A DNA stretch of 64,000 bases from an uncultured Bacillota bacterium (GTDB lineage: Bacteria; Bacillota; Clostridia; Christensenellales; Borkfalkiaceae). Where the stretch lies: assembly GCA_949297575.1 (NCBI GenBank), contig CASFTB010000006.1, positions 7,908 through 71,907 on the forward strand, in the 5' to 3' direction. The translations under genes were made by a program, and so were the position numbers. The notes beneath the pieces were generated by a model. The model was not told where the DNA came from. It saw nothing but the letters and a program-made list of their open reading frames with translations, and made no database searches. Positions 38,203 through 50,012 of this stretch are shown one piece after another (the first letter of the stretch is position 1; each line of letters begins with the position of its first letter).

Positions 38203-38601
38203 ATGAGAAGTAAGGCGCGCGAATGTGCATTCAAGGTTATCTTTGCATCCCTCTTTTCCCCCGAAGGGGAGGATTTTCAGAGGGGCATCTATAAGACGTT
38301 CGGTCTCGACGGGGAGGAGCGCGAATATGCAGACCGCATTCTCTCCTGCGTGCGCGGGCATTATGCGGAGCTCATCGCTCAGCTCAACGAGCTCTCCGTC
38401 GGGTTTTCGGACAAGCGCATGTTCCCCGCAGACAAGAGCCTCCTCCTGATGGCTTTGGCGGAGATCAGGTATTTTGACGATGTTCCGGACGTCGTTGCGG
38501 TGGATGAGGCCGTCGGGCTGGCAAAAAAATATTCAACGGAAAAGAGCGTCGGGTTCGTCAACGGCGTGCTCGGCGCGGCGATCAACGGAGGTAAAGAATG
38601 A
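38203..38601 (+). CDS. nusB: Transcription antitermination factor NusB
   Basis: MRSKARECAFKVIF... and AEIRYFDDVPDVVAVDEAVGLAKKY. ATG 38203 gives the normal length. The longest ORF begins at 38161. Confidence 0.9.
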   Translation: MRSKARECAFKVIFASLFSPEGEDFQRGIYKTFGLDGEEREYADRILSCVRGHYAELIAQLNELSVGFSDKRMFPADKSLLLMALAEIRYFDDVPDVVAVDEAVGLAKKYSTEKSVGFVNGVLGAAINGGKE

Positions 38602-39443
38602 GCGTGCTCATTGACGGGAAGGCGCTTGCGGCAAAACTGCGCGGCCGGATAAAGGCGGACGCGGAAAAATTCTGCGCCGAGAGGGGCAGAGAGATCGGCC
38701 TTGCGGTCGTGCTCGTAGGGGAGGACCCTGCGTCGCAAGTGTATGTGCGGAACAAGATCAAAGCTTGCGAAGAGGTGGGGATCCGATCGTTCTCCTATCA
38801 TCTCCCGCAGGACGTGACGGAGGGGGAGGTGCTCGCCCTCATCGACGAACTGGTCGAGGCGGAAAATGTGCACGGCATCCTTGTGCAGCTCCCGCTTCCG
38901 AAACATCTGGACGAGCGCAGGATCCTGCGCCGCATCCCTCCGGCGAAGGATGTTGACGGCTTCTGTGCGGAAAATGTCGGCAATCTCGCGATGAACCGCG
39001 AGACCATCGTCGCCTGCACGCCCTTCGGCGTCATGAAGATGCTGGAAGAGTACGGCATCGACCCGCGCGGCAAGAGCGCCGTCGTGCTCGGCCGTTCCAA
39101 TATCGTCGGCAAGCCCATGGCGATGCTGCTCGTCAACGCGGATGCGACCGTCACCGTCTGCCACAGCAAGACAAAAAATCTCAAAGAAGTCTGCGCGGCG
39201 GCAGACATTCTCGTCGTGGCCATCGGCAGGGCAAAGTTCGTCACTGCGGATATGGTAAAGGAGGGCGCCGTCGTCATCGATGTCGGCATGGACAGAGACG
39301 AAAACGGCAAACTCTGCGGCGACGTCGACTTTGAAAACGTAAAGGACAAAGCTTCCTACATAACCCCCGTCCCCGGAGGGGTGGGCCCCATGACCATAAC
39401 CATGCTGCTGTACAATACGGTGATAGCAGCGACAAGGAGCTGA
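38598..39443 (+). CDS. folD: Bifunctional methylenetetrahydrofolate dehydrogenase/cyclohydrolase
   Basis: VGEDPASQVYVRNK, VQLPLPKH, GRSNIVGKPMA and PVPGGVGPMT. Confidence 0.96.
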   Translation: MSVLIDGKALAAKLRGRIKADAEKFCAERGREIGLAVVLVGEDPASQVYVRNKIKACEEVGIRSFSYHLPQDVTEGEVLALIDELVEAENVHGILVQLPLPKHLDERRILRRIPPAKDVDGFCAENVGNLAMNRETIVACTPFGVMKMLEEYGIDPRGKSAVVLGRSNIVGKPMAMLLVNADATVTVCHSKTKNLKEVCAAADILVVAIGRAKFVTADMVKEGAVVIDVGMDRDENGKLCGDVDFENVKDKASYITPVPGGVGPMTITMLLYNTVIAATRS

Positions 39444-39446
39444 TTT

Positions 39447-40331
39447 TTGGACAGTACATTGAAACAGAAGACGCAGCAACTGTGCACGGCCTTTGAAGAG
39501 GCGCTCGCGGAGTATTTGATCGGACAGCACGTCAAGCCGGACGTGCTGTCGGAGAGCATGCGCTATTCCCTCAATGCAGGCGGGAAGCGCATCCGTCCCG
39601 TTCTCATGTTTGCGAGCGCAAAGATGCTCGGAGGGAAGGTGCAGGATGTTTCCGCCTTTGCCATCGCCCTCGAAATGATCCACACGTACTCTCTCATACA
39701 CGACGACCTGCCCGCGATGGATAATGACGATCTGCGTCGCGGGAAACCGTCCAACCACAAGGTCTTCGGGGAGGGACAGGCGATCCTCGCGGGAGACGCA
39801 CTCCTCAATGAGGCGTATGCGCTCTGCATAGAAGAATGCCGGAAGGGCAAGACGTATATCAATGCCGCGGCACTGCTCTGCAGGAATGCAGGCGCCTACG
39901 GCATGGTCGCGGGGCAGTCTGCCGACCTCTTTTTTGCAGGCAAGGAGGCAGGGCAGGCCGAGTCTGAGTTTATCATCCGTAACAAGACGGCGCGCATGCT
40001 CCAGACCGCGGTCGCCCTCCCCGCCGTCGTGTACGGGGCGGACGAGAACATCGTCGCCATCCTGGAAGAGTATGGCAGGAATCTAGGGTTTCTCTTTCAG
40101 ATCACGGATGACCTGCTCGATGTGACGGGAGACGCGGAAACGCTCGGCAAGTCCGCGGGGAAAGACGCGGCAGAAAACAAACTGTCCGCCGTCAGCCTGT
40201 TCGGGCAGGAGCGGGCGGCAGAGCTTGCGGATAAGTACTGCGATATCGCGCTCAAAAATCTCGCGCAGCTCCCGTACGAGTGTTCTTATCTCGAAGAGCT
40301 GACCCGTTCCGTCCGCACCCGCGAGAACTGA
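39447..40331 (+). CDS. ispA: Polyprenyl (farnesyl/geranylgeranyl) diphosphate synthase
   Basis: TTG start. First DDxxD in LIHDDLPAMDNDDLRRGKPSNH, second in FQITDDLLD. Confidence 0.9.
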   Translation: MDSTLKQKTQQLCTAFEEALAEYLIGQHVKPDVLSESMRYSLNAGGKRIRPVLMFASAKMLGGKVQDVSAFAIALEMIHTYSLIHDDLPAMDNDDLRRGKPSNHKVFGEGQAILAGDALLNEAYALCIEECRKGKTYINAAALLCRNAGAYGMVAGQSADLFFAGKEAGQAESEFIIRNKTARMLQTAVALPAVVYGADENIVAILEEYGRNLGFLFQITDDLLDVTGDAETLGKSAGKDAAENKLSAVSLFGQERAAELADKYCDIALKNLAQLPYECSYLEELTRSVRTREN

Positions 40332-40332
40332 A

Positions 40333-41097
40333 ATGCGGCTGGACGTCTTTTTAGCGCAGGGGCGCTTTCCTTCCCGTACGCGCGCGGCCCGCGCAATCGA
40401 AAGGGGGCTCGTCACCGTGAACGGAAAGCCCGCGCGCCCCGCAACGGAAGTTTGCGGAGACGAGGATATCTGCGTGTTCGAAGAAAACGCATTTGTTTCG
40501 GAGGGAGGGCAAAAGCTCGAAAAGGCTCTCTCCGAGTTTAAGGTCGACGTTTCCGGCAAAATATTCGCAGACCTCGGGGCGAGCACGGGCGGCTTTACGG
40601 ATTGTCTCTTGCGGCGCGGCGCGTCCCGCGTGTTTGCGGTTGATGTCGGCAAGGCGCAGCTGGATGCGCGCCTCGCGGCAGACGCGCGTGTAGAGGTCAT
40701 GGACGGTGTCAATGCGCGCTATCTTACGCCGTCCGATCTTCCTTGCGCGCTCGACGGCGTAACGGCCGATCTGAGCTTTATTTCCCTCGCGCATATACTT
40801 CCTGCCGTGGCGGGTCTCCTCGCCGAAGGGAAGGAGGCCTACGTGCTCGTAAAGCCGCAGTTTGAATGCGGCGCAAGAGGCACGAACAAGCGCGGCATCG
40901 TGACGGATGCAAAGGTGCGCGTACGGGCGGTGGAGGCAGTCTGCAAAGAGGCGGAGAGGTGCGGGTTTTCGGTCGTCGGGCTGTCCCGCGCGCCGCTGCG
41001 TGAAAAGAAAAACGTGGAATATGTTCTGCGCCTGGTCCGCGGGGGAGCGGGCGGTGCTGACGTTGCATCGCTGCTCGCGCTGGCGGAGGGCGGCTGA
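40333..41097 (+). CDS. tlyA: TlyA-family rRNA 2'-O-methyltransferase
   Basis: N-terminal S4 domain (RLDVFL...SRTRAARAI) and SAM motif DLGASTGGFTDCLL. Confidence 0.9.
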   Translation: MRLDVFLAQGRFPSRTRAARAIERGLVTVNGKPARPATEVCGDEDICVFEENAFVSEGGQKLEKALSEFKVDVSGKIFADLGASTGGFTDCLLRRGASRVFAVDVGKAQLDARLAADARVEVMDGVNARYLTPSDLPCALDGVTADLSFISLAHILPAVAGLLAEGKEAYVLVKPQFECGARGTNKRGIVTDAKVRVRAVEAVCKEAERCGFSVVGLSRAPLREKKNVEYVLRLVRGGAGGADVASLLALAEGG

Positions 41098-41109
41098 GAG
41101 GAGACCCGC

Positions 41110-41646
41110 GTGAAAAACGAAAGATATACCGAGGGGCAGAAGTCGCTCATGGCGCACGCCCCGAAAGATCTGACAGAAGAAGAGCGGGCTTTCCTGCACC
41201 GCATGCTCCTGCCGCGCAAGCGCTATCTTCCGCAATCGGAAGAAGAGGCCCTGTCTCTGGCGAAAGATATCCTCGGAGAACAGAAATATGCGGACTTTTT
41301 ACGTATCCGCGACGACATCTGTCTGCGTTTCGGGGCGGAGGGGAGATGGAGCGCCGGAGATTCCCGCTGGATGCTCTATTATCGCTTTTCCGTGAAGGGG
41401 CGCGCGCTGTGCGCGCTGGGCATGGACGAGGGCACGCTGCATGCCGTCATTCTCTTCGGCCCGCGCGCGCGGGAAGCCTTTGAAAGGAAGAGGAACACGT
41501 TCTCCCGCCTCGGGATCTGCTGGACATACGATCTGATCGACCTCAATTCGCGCGGCCTGAAAGAACTGAAATACGACGTCACCTCTCCTTCTCTTTATCC
41601 AGAAGTGCTGCGCCTGCTTCGCATCCGCATGGGAGAAGACGGATAA
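41110..41646 (+). CDS. Hypothetical protein (178 aa)
   Basis: GTG start behind a GAGAGGAGA SD, 13 nt after tlyA. I recognise no motif; it may be DUF3788-like, but this is unverified. Confidence 0.5.
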   Translation: MKNERYTEGQKSLMAHAPKDLTEEERAFLHRMLLPRKRYLPQSEEEALSLAKDILGEQKYADFLRIRDDICLRFGAEGRWSAGDSRWMLYYRFSVKGRALCALGMDEGTLHAVILFGPRAREAFERKRNTFSRLGICWTYDLIDLNSRGLKELKYDVTSPSLYPEVLRLLRIRMGEDG

Positions 41647-41647
41647 A

Positions 41648-41678
41648 GCGAGGCGCGCCCCGACGGGGCGCGCCTCGC
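41648..41678. other. Perfect 14-bp GC-rich inverted repeat without a U-tract
   Basis: gcgaggcgcgcccc gac ggggcgcgcctcgc, starting 2 nt after the stop at 41646. It may be a factor-dependent terminator or RNA-stabilising hairpin. Confidence 0.4.
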
Positions 41679-41837
41679 GGGTGAATGCGGCAGGCAATAG
41701 GATCCTGCCGACCTCTGGCGGGAAAGGGAATGTGGCAGGATACGCCTACGGAAAGGGGCGCCGCCCGTCTGTGCATTTCTTTGCGCAGGGCCGCAGGGGA
41801 AATATCGTGCCGTCACTTCACAACGAATTTAATTCGT

Positions 41838-41866
41838 TTGCAAACTTTTTGTTATAATAATATAAT
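41838..41866 (+). promoter_or_regulatory. Putative sigma-A promoter of lepA
   Basis: TTGCAA (41838-41843), 17 bp, TATAAT (41861-41866). The palindrome ACGAATTtAATTCGT (41823-41837) abuts the -35. Confidence 0.6.
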
Positions 41867-41913
41867 ATTCAGGAACAACCTTTGCAGACTTTTTCTGCCG
41901 AACCGGAGAGATC

Positions 41914-43719
41914 ATGGCCAAACCAAACCGCAATATCCGAAATTTTTGTATCATCGCGCACATCGACCACGGCAAAAGTACCATTGCAGACAGGCTGATG
42001 GAGCTTACGGGCCAGGTCGCGAGCCGCGACATGGAAGACCAACTGCTCGATTCGATGGACCTCGAAAGGGAGAGGGGCATCACCATAAAACTTACGCCTG
42101 TGCGCATGTACTATAAGGCAGACGACGGCATCGAATATGAGCTCAACCTCATCGATACGCCGGGGCATGTCGACTTCACGTATGAGGTCTCACGTTCTTT
42201 GGCCGCCTGTGAAGGGGCGATCCTCGTGGTGGACGCGACGCAGGGCATCGAAGCGCAGACGCTCGCGAACGTATATCTTGCCTTAGAAAACGACCTCGAG
42301 ATCATTCCCGTTATCAACAAGATCGATCTTCCCTCCGCCGACATCGAGGGTACGAAAAAGGAAATAGAGGAGGTCATCGGGCTGGATGCGTCCGATGCTC
42401 CCTGCGTGTCCGCGAAGGAGGGCACTAACATCGGGGACATTCTCGAAGCGCTCGCAAAGCGCATTCCCGCACCGGACGGAGATACTGAAGCGCCGCTCAA
42501 GGCGCTTATCTTTGACAGTTATTACGACAATTATAAGGGCGTCATCCTCTTTGTGCGTGTCAAGGACGGCGGCGTAAAAGTGGGAGACGTCATCCGCACC
42601 TTCCGCTCAGACAAGCAGTTTGAGGTGACGGAGGTGGGAGCGTTCAGCCCCAAACTGATGCCGAAGGATGTATTGCTCGCAGGCGAGGTCGGCTACATCG
42701 CCGCCAGTATCAAGAGCATACAGGACGTCGCCGTCGGCGATACCGTGACGGACGCCCTTCGCCCTGCGCCGGAGCCGCTCCCGGGGTATAAAAAAGTACA
42801 GCCCGTCGTCTTTTGCGGCATCTATCCGCTGGACGGGAGCAAATTCAACGACTTGAAGGACGCGCTTCTCAAATTGCAGCTCAATGACGCTGCGCTCATC
42901 TTTGAGCCGGATTCTTCTGTCGCGCTCGGGTTCGGCTTCCGCTGCGGTTTCCTCGGCCTCTTGCATATGGAGATCATACAGGAGCGCATCGAGCGCGAGT
43001 TTAACCTCGACATCATCACCACGGCGCCGAGCGTCTCGTATAAGGTGCACAAGACGGACGGGGAAGAGATGTACGTGGACAACCCCTCGCACTTGCCGGA
43101 ACAGACGGATATCGAGTATATGGAAGAGCCCGTCGTGAAGGTAGAGATCTATTCTCCGCCCGAGTATATCGGCTCCATCATGGATCTCTGCCAGGAAAAG
43201 AGGGGAGTCTTCAAGGATATGACGTATCTCGACGCAAAGCGCGTAAAGCTGCTCTATACGCTCCCTCTCAACGAGATCATCTATGACTTTTTCGATCAGA
43301 TCAAGTCCCGCACGCGCGGCTATGCGAGCTTTGATTATGAGCTGATCGGCTATGAAAGGAGCGAGCTCGTCAAGCTCGATATCCTGCTCAACGGCGAGGT
43401 ATGCGACGCCCTCTCTATGATCGTTCACAAGGACAGGGCATATCCCCGCGGAAGGGAGCTCGCGGAAAACCTGAAGGAGGCGATCCCGCGCCAGCTCTTT
43501 GAGATCCCCGTGCAGGCAGCGGTGGGCGGAAAGATTATTGCCCGCGAAACGGTCAAGGCGGTGCGCAAAGACGTCCTCGCAAAGTGCTACGGCGGCGACA
43601 TCACGCGAAAAAAGAAGCTGCTCGAAAAGCAGAAAGAGGGCAAAAAGCGCATGCGCAGCATTGGCTCGGTCGAAGTGCCGTCCGAAGTCTTTATGTCCAT
43701 TTTAAAGACGAACAAATAA
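41914..43719 (+). CDS. lepA: Translation elongation factor 4 (LepA)
   Basis: [34 protein letters not shown] and the LepA-specific C-terminus. 601 aa. Confidence 0.98.
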   Translation: MAKPNRNIRNFCIIAHIDHGKSTIADRLMELTGQVASRDMEDQLLDSMDLERERGITIKLTPVRMYYKADDGIEYELNLIDTPGHVDFTYEVSRSLAACEGAILVVDATQGIEAQTLANVYLALENDLEIIPVINKIDLPSADIEGTKKEIEEVIGLDASDAPCVSAKEGTNIGDILEALAKRIPAPDGDTEAPLKALIFDSYYDNYKGVILFVRVKDGGVKVGDVIRTFRSDKQFEVTEVGAFSPKLMPKDVLLAGEVGYIAASIKSIQDVAVGDTVTDALRPAPEPLPGYKKVQPVVFCGIYPLDGSKFNDLKDALLKLQLNDAALIFEPDSSVALGFGFRCGFLGLLHMEIIQERIEREFNLDIITTAPSVSYKVHKTDGEEMYVDNPSHLPEQTDIEYMEEPVVKVEIYSPPEYIGSIMDLCQEKRGVFKDMTYLDAKRVKLLYTLPLNEIIYDFFDQIKSRTRGYASFDYELIGYERSELVKLDILLNGEVCDALSMIVHKDRAYPRGRELAENLKEAIPRQLFEIPVQAAVGGKIIARETVKAVRKDVLAKCYGGDITRKKKLLEKQKEGKKRMRSIGSVEVPSEVFMSILKTNK

Positions 43720-43766
43720 TTTTGCAAAGAGGCGGCGTGTGCGGCGCCTCTTGCCATAGAAAAAGA

Positions 43767-44117
43767 ATGAGCGAAGAGACAAAAAAATCAAAAGATACAA
43801 GTTTTTTTGCCCGCGTCTATGAGGTGGTGAAGAAAATTCCGTTCGGAAAGGTCGCCACATACGGACAGATCGCGCGCATGTGCGGCAGCCCGCGTTCTTC
43901 CCGCGCGGTGGGGTATGCGCTTCACGTAAATCCATACCCGGGCATCGTTCCCTGTCATCGCGTCGTGAACCGTGAGGGCAGGCTTGCGCCCGCCTTTGCC
44001 TTCGGAGGGGCTGATGTGCAGAGAGAACTACTGGAGCGCGAGGGCGTGGCTGTTACAAAAGAAGGCTCGCTCTATTTTGTCGATATGGAAAAATATCGCT
44101 GGAAAAGCTCTGTTTAA
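43767..44117 (+). CDS. MGMT-family protein (stand-alone methyltransferase/DNA-binding domain, active-site Cys retained)
   Basis: 116 aa. FGKVATYGQIA..., the PCHRVV active-site motif and a GG..QRELLEREG tail. The longest ORF begins at 43584 inside lepA. Confidence 0.85.
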   Translation: MSEETKKSKDTSFFARVYEVVKKIPFGKVATYGQIARMCGSPRSSRAVGYALHVNPYPGIVPCHRVVNREGRLAPAFAFGGADVQRELLEREGVAVTKEGSLYFVDMEKYRWKSSV

Positions 44118-44157
44118 ATAGTATTATGTCAGGCATAATCCAATAAAAGGTGTGAAA

Positions 44158-45267
44158 ATGGCAGGAATTTACGTTCATATCCCTTTCTGTACCTCAAAGT
44201 GCCGCTATTGCGACTTTACCTCGTACCCAGGAAAGCTCGGTTTTGCCGAGGCGTATATGGCGTGCGTCTATAAAGAAATGAAGATGCGCGGAGAGCAGCT
44301 GAAAGGGAAAAAATTTGACACCGTATATTTTGGAGGCGGCACACCTTCCGTCATCGATCCGAAACTGATCGTGGGGGCGATGCGCCGCATCCGCGAAAGT
44401 TTTGACCTTGCCGACGGCGCAGAAGTGACCATTGAGATGAATCCGGGTACGGTCGACGCCGAGAAGGTGCTGCTGTACCGCGAGGCGGGGATCAACCGTT
44501 TTTCGATCGGGCTGCAATCTTCTTCCGACGCCATGCTCGAGGACCTCGGACGCAGGCACTCTGCCGCCGATTTTGTACAGACGTGCAAACTTCTGGGCGA
44601 TGCGGACAGGAGCGCGGATATCATGATCGGCCTGAAGGGGCAGTCGCTCGCCGACGTGGAGGCGTCCATCCGCTTTGCGACCTCGTGCGGCGTCGCCCAT
44701 ATCTCCATGTATGCGCTCACGCCGGAAGACGGCACGCCTATCTACTCCGATTACCTGAACGGCGAATTGCCGGATGCAGACGAAGTCGCTGCCCTGTATG
44801 ACGGCGGGAGAAAGCTGCTTTCCGATCTCGGTTTTGAGAGGTACGAGGTCTCAAATTTTGCGCGGCCGGGGCATCGCTCCCGCCACAATCTCAACTATTG
44901 GCGCCGCGGAGAATACATCGGTTTCGGGGTCTCGGCGAGTTCCTTCATCGGTGATCGACGCTTTACGAACACGCCCGACCTCGACGAATACATCAAGTGC
45001 ATTCTCACCAACTTTTTCCCCCTCGTTGACGACGCGCCGATCGAAGGGGACGATGCGAAATTTGAGATGATCATGCTCGCGTTTCGAACGACCGAGGGAC
45101 TCAGCCTCGCTGCCTATAAGCGTGCGTTCGGGTCGGATTTTCCCATAGATTTTTTCGAACCGCTCAAAAAGAATGCGGCGTATCTCGAATATGAAAACGG
45201 CAGAGTGCACATCAAGGACGACTATCTGTATGTGCAAAACGAGATCCTTATGGACTTTATCCGTTGA
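44158..45267 (+). CDS. hemW: Radical SAM heme chaperone HemW (HemN-like)
   Basis: YVHIPFCTSKCRYCDF, with the conserved lepA-hemW linkage. ATG 44158 lies 5 nt after AAGGTG. An alternative GTG is at 44152. Confidence 0.9.
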   Translation: MAGIYVHIPFCTSKCRYCDFTSYPGKLGFAEAYMACVYKEMKMRGEQLKGKKFDTVYFGGGTPSVIDPKLIVGAMRRIRESFDLADGAEVTIEMNPGTVDAEKVLLYREAGINRFSIGLQSSSDAMLEDLGRRHSAADFVQTCKLLGDADRSADIMIGLKGQSLADVEASIRFATSCGVAHISMYALTPEDGTPIYSDYLNGELPDADEVAALYDGGRKLLSDLGFERYEVSNFARPGHRSRHNLNYWRRGEYIGFGVSASSFIGDRRFTNTPDLDEYIKCILTNFFPLVDDAPIEGDDAKFEMIMLAFRTTEGLSLAAYKRAFGSDFPIDFFEPLKKNAAYLEYENGRVHIKDDYLYVQNEILMDFIR

Positions 45268-45319
45268 TCTGCGATGTACTCTCTCTGACGTGATCTCCTT
45301 GTTTGTGTGCGGGTTTGCC

Positions 45320-45345
45320 AAAAAGCCCCCTCGAGGGGGCTTTTT
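45320..45345. terminator. Bidirectional terminator between hemW and the lipoprotein gene
   Basis: aaaaagccccc tcga gggggcttttt is a perfect palindromic hairpin with flanking A5 and T5. Confidence 0.85.
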
Positions 45346-45359
45346 CTGTACGCTTTTGT

Positions 45360-46031
45360 TCAATCCTGTCGGTTGTTTCTCGTCGCGACGATCTCTCCCG
45401 TCTCGGCGTCTGCAAGCATGGCATATGTCTCCCCGTTTTTGTCCGTCAGGCCGATATAATAGAAGTTTTGTTCGTTCTCACAGAGGAGCCGTACGTACAG
45501 CTCTCCGGCAAAATGGTTTCCGGATGTCAGCGCGGCAAACCTCTCTTTTTCTGCGGTTGAAACTGCTTGCAGCAGGTCTTCCAGCGAAAGCGCCTTCTCG
45601 CTCTTTACGCTCGTCGCACCGATGTCTGCAACCGTTCCCTCCGCATCCGTTACGGAAAAGGTGATGCTCTTTTCGGTGGGCTGCGGCAAGGAGCGAGAAC
45701 AGGTGTGCACCATGCGCACGCTGTCGAACGAGAGTTCGTCCGTGTATGTCTTGCCTGCGAGCGTATAGCTGATCGAGTACGTTTTCGTGTTGTCCGCAGC
45801 CGAAAGCGCGACCTCAAACAGTTTGCTCATTTTTCCGGGGTTTCCGTCAGCTTCGTAGGGATGCTCTCTTTCCGAATAGGAGGCCGTTATCGTATATTTC
45901 CCGTCCGTCCCGCTGAAGAGGTCGCTGCGGTATTCCGAAACGTATTCTGTCAGATCAGGTCCCGTCGAACATCCGACAAGCGCAGCGAGGAGCAGCAGGG
46001 CTGCCGCTAAAGTACAAAATATTTTTTTCAT
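45360..46031 (-). CDS. Putative lipoprotein with a PepSY-like C-terminus
   Basis: MKKIFCTLAAALLLLAALVGCS is a lipobox signal peptide. The C-terminal part reads YYIGLTDKNGETYAMLADAETGEIV. The longest ORF begins at 46049. Confidence 0.6.
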   Translation of the reverse strand: MKKIFCTLAAALLLLAALVGCSTGPDLTEYVSEYRSDLFSGTDGKYTITASYSEREHPYEADGNPGKMSKLFEVALSAADNTKTYSISYTLAGKTYTDELSFDSVRMVHTCSRSLPQPTEKSITFSVTDAEGTVADIGATSVKSEKALSLEDLLQAVSTAEKERFAALTSGNHFAGELYVRLLCENEQNFYYIGLTDKNGETYAMLADAETGEIVATRNNRQD

Positions 46032-46113
46032 TGCACACCTTCCGATCAAAAGTCTTTCTGAAAATTATTCTATTTTTTCACCTGCGGGAAGATGATTATT
46101 TTATAAAATAAAC

Positions 46114-46142
46114 TTGCATTTTTTTTTGCGCTGTGGTAAAAT
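46114..46142 (+). promoter_or_regulatory. Putative promoter of the 46233 gene
   Basis: TTGCAT (46114-46119), 17 bp, with TGgTAAAAT (TAAAAT 46137-46142). Confidence 0.55.
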
Positions 46143-46232
46143 GGATAAAATAAAAAGAGGGGGCGGACAGAACGATTTGGTCGTCCCTCTTTTGTTCACA
46201 CCTTTTTTATCTTTTTACGGCGGAGATCTCGC

Positions 46233-46847
46233 ATGGGAAAACTGATCGCAAAAACGGCTGCAATCACGGTTGCGGCGGTCATCGCTGCGGCGCTCATACT
46301 CTTCGGCGCGGCCGGGCTTATCTTTCCCGCGTCGCTCGCGTCCCTGACCGATTCGCTCGGGATGGACGGCGCCTCTGCGTATTACAGCGTTGCGGCGGCT
46401 GAGCGTTCGGGCAGCGCGGAAGATCTTGCCGTCGCCGCCGAGCGGAGCTTCCTTTCGCGGCATTACGAAGATGCTGTCTCCTGTGGGGAGAAGCTGCTTG
46501 TGCACGAAGATTTTTCGGAGTATTGTTCCGGGCGCGATTCCGCGCAGGCAGAGGATTTCTCCGTCGCGGGCACGTATGAGCAGTATGTGACGGGCATCGT
46601 CGCGTCCTCCCTTTATCATTGCGGCGACAAGGCAAAGGCGCTCGAGACGGCGGTGTCCCGTCTGGGCGGAGGCTTCCCCGAAAACAACGCAGTCGTCTAC
46701 CTTGCGGATGCGGCGATCGCCGCGCACGATGCAGATTTTTGTTCGGAGATCGGTTCCGCGGTGGCGGAGCTTAAGCCTTCTTCTGTAGAGGACTTGTCTT
46801 ATCTGAAGGAGTTCGTTTCCTATTTAGAAAAATACGGCACCCGCTGA
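46233..46847 (+). CDS. Hypothetical membrane-anchored protein (204 aa)
   Basis: N-terminal TM (AAITVAAVIAAALILFGAAGLIF) followed by a helical soluble domain. I recognise no motif. Confidence 0.5.
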   Translation: MGKLIAKTAAITVAAVIAAALILFGAAGLIFPASLASLTDSLGMDGASAYYSVAAAERSGSAEDLAVAAERSFLSRHYEDAVSCGEKLLVHEDFSEYCSGRDSAQAEDFSVAGTYEQYVTGIVASSLYHCGDKAKALETAVSRLGGGFPENNAVVYLADAAIAAHDADFCSEIGSAVAELKPSSVEDLSYLKEFVSYLEKYGTR

Positions 46848-46932
46848 TGCTTCGTTTCGGGCGGTAAACAGGGCACGCCCGTGTTTTGCTTTCCATTGTT
46901 TGAAATTTCACAGTTATAAAAATTTATTCTAA

Positions 46933-48402
<1,470 letters not shown>

Positions 48403-48419
48403 TAAGAGACGTAACAGAG

Positions 48420-48450
48420 TGTACCGCAGTTTGATGCGGTACATTCTTTT
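48420..48450 (+). terminator. guaB terminator
   Basis: tgtaccgca/tgcggtaca 9-bp stem followed by ttctttt. Confidence 0.8.
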
Positions 48451-48476
48451 GTGACAAGGAGACAGAAAAAGAGTTT

Positions 48477-50012
48477 ATGCAGCACGAAAAAGTTCTCGTC
48501 CTCGATTTTGGCGGACAGTACAATCAGCTTATCGCCCGCAGGGTGCGCGACCTGAAAGTTTATTGCGACCTCAAGCCCTGCGACATGACCGTCGAAGAGA
48601 TCAAGGCATACGCGCCTATCGGCATCATCTTCACGGGGGGGCCGAACAGCGTCTACGATGCGGCGTCGCCGCATGTGGACGGCGCGATCTTTGACCTCGG
48701 CATCCCTGTCCTCGGCATCTGTTACGGCTGCCAGCTCATCGCCTATACGCTCGGCGGCAAGGTGGAACATGCCGCGACCAGCGAGTACGGCCGCCGCGAA
48801 TTTGCCTTTTGCAAGGAGAGCTCCCTCTCCGCGGGCATCCCCGCAAAGAGTGTCTGTTGGATGAGCCATACCGACCATGTGACCGAGGTGCCTGCCGGCT
48901 TCGAAGTACTCGCCTCCACGGATACCTGCCCCGTCACTGTGTTCGGAAGCGAAAAGAGGCGCATTTACGGCATTCAGTTCCATCCCGAGGTGGTGCATTC
49001 CGAGTACGGCAACAGGATGCTCGAAAATTTCCTGTACCGCGTCTGCGGCGCGCACGGAGACTGGACGATGAAGAATTACGTCACAGAACAGGTCGGGCGC
49101 ATCCGCGAAAAGGTGGGGAGCAAAAAAGTGTTGTGTGCCATGTCGGGCGGGGTGGATTCCGCCGTCGCCGCGACGCTCATCCACCGCGCAGTCGGTGACA
49201 GCCTCACCTGCGTCTTTGTCGACCACGGCCTGCACCGCAAAGATGAGCCGGAAGAGGTCATGTCCGTCTTCCGCGACGGTTTGGGCATGAACCTAATCAA
49301 GGCGGACGCGCAGGATCTCTTTTTGGAGAAGCTCGCAGGGGTGTCCGACCCCGAAAAAAAGCGCAAGATCATCGGCGCGCAGTTCATCGAAGTCTTTGAA
49401 AAGGAGGCGAAGAAGATCGGCGCCGTCGATTTTCTCGTGCAGGGCACCATCTATCCGGACGTGATCGAGAGCGGCAAGGGCAAGAGTGCCGTTATCAAAA
49501 GCCATCACAATGTGGGCGGGCTGCCTTCTGTCGTCGACTTTAAGGAGATCATCGAACCGCTGCGAGACCTGTTCAAGGACGAGGTGCGCAGGCTCGGCAC
49601 GGAGCTCGGTCTGCCCGATTCGGTCGTATGGCGTCAGCCTTGCCCGGGGCCCGCGCTCGCCATCCGCATCATGGGAGAAGTCACGCGCGAAAAGCTCGAA
49701 ACGCTGCGCGAGGCCGACTTTATTTTCCGCGATGAGATCGCCAAAGCGGGGCTGGACAAGCAGATCTGGCAGTACTTCGCCGTCATTACGGACAGCCGGA
49801 CGGTGGGCGTGCAGGGGGATTTCCGTACATACGAGAACGTCATTGCTCTGCGTGCAGTGACGAGCGTGGACGCGATGACCGCAGATTGGGCGCGCATTCC
49901 TTACGACGTATTGGAAAAGGTCTCCGTGCGCATCACCAACGAGGTGCCGCATGCCAACCGCGTCGTCTACGACATCACCTCAAAACCGCCCGCGACCATC
50001 GAGTGGGAGTGA
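48477..50012 (+). CDS. guaA: GMP synthase (glutamine-hydrolysing), full length
   Basis: GATase domain ([11 protein letters not shown]) plus ATP-PPase (SGGVDSAV) plus the dimerisation domain ending in TIEWE. Confidence 0.97.
   Translation: MQHEKVLVLDFGGQYNQLIARRVRDLKVYCDLKPCDMTVEEIKAYAPIGIIFTGGPNSVYDAASPHVDGAIFDLGIPVLGICYGCQLIAYTLGGKVEHAATSEYGRREFAFCKESSLSAGIPAKSVCWMSHTDHVTEVPAGFEVLASTDTCPVTVFGSEKRRIYGIQFHPEVVHSEYGNRMLENFLYRVCGAHGDWTMKNYVTEQVGRIREKVGSKKVLCAMSGGVDSAVAATLIHRAVGDSLTCVFVDHGLHRKDEPEEVMSVFRDGLGMNLIKADAQDLFLEKLAGVSDPEKKRKIIGAQFIEVFEKEAKKIGAVDFLVQGTIYPDVIESGKGKSAVIKSHHNVGGLPSVVDFKEIIEPLRDLFKDEVRRLGTELGLPDSVVWRQPCPGPALAIRIMGEVTREKLETLREADFIFRDEIAKAGLDKQIWQYFAVITDSRTVGVQGDFRTYENVIALRAVTSVDAMTADWARIPYDVLEKVSVRITNEVPHANRVVYDITSKPPATIEWE

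Noticed and set aside
43726-43752. Hairpin after lepA as an intrinsic terminator
   Set aside because: The stem aagaggcg/cgcctctt is present but has an internal mismatch and no downstream U-tract. The MGMT-like gene starts 15 nt later, so read-through is likely.
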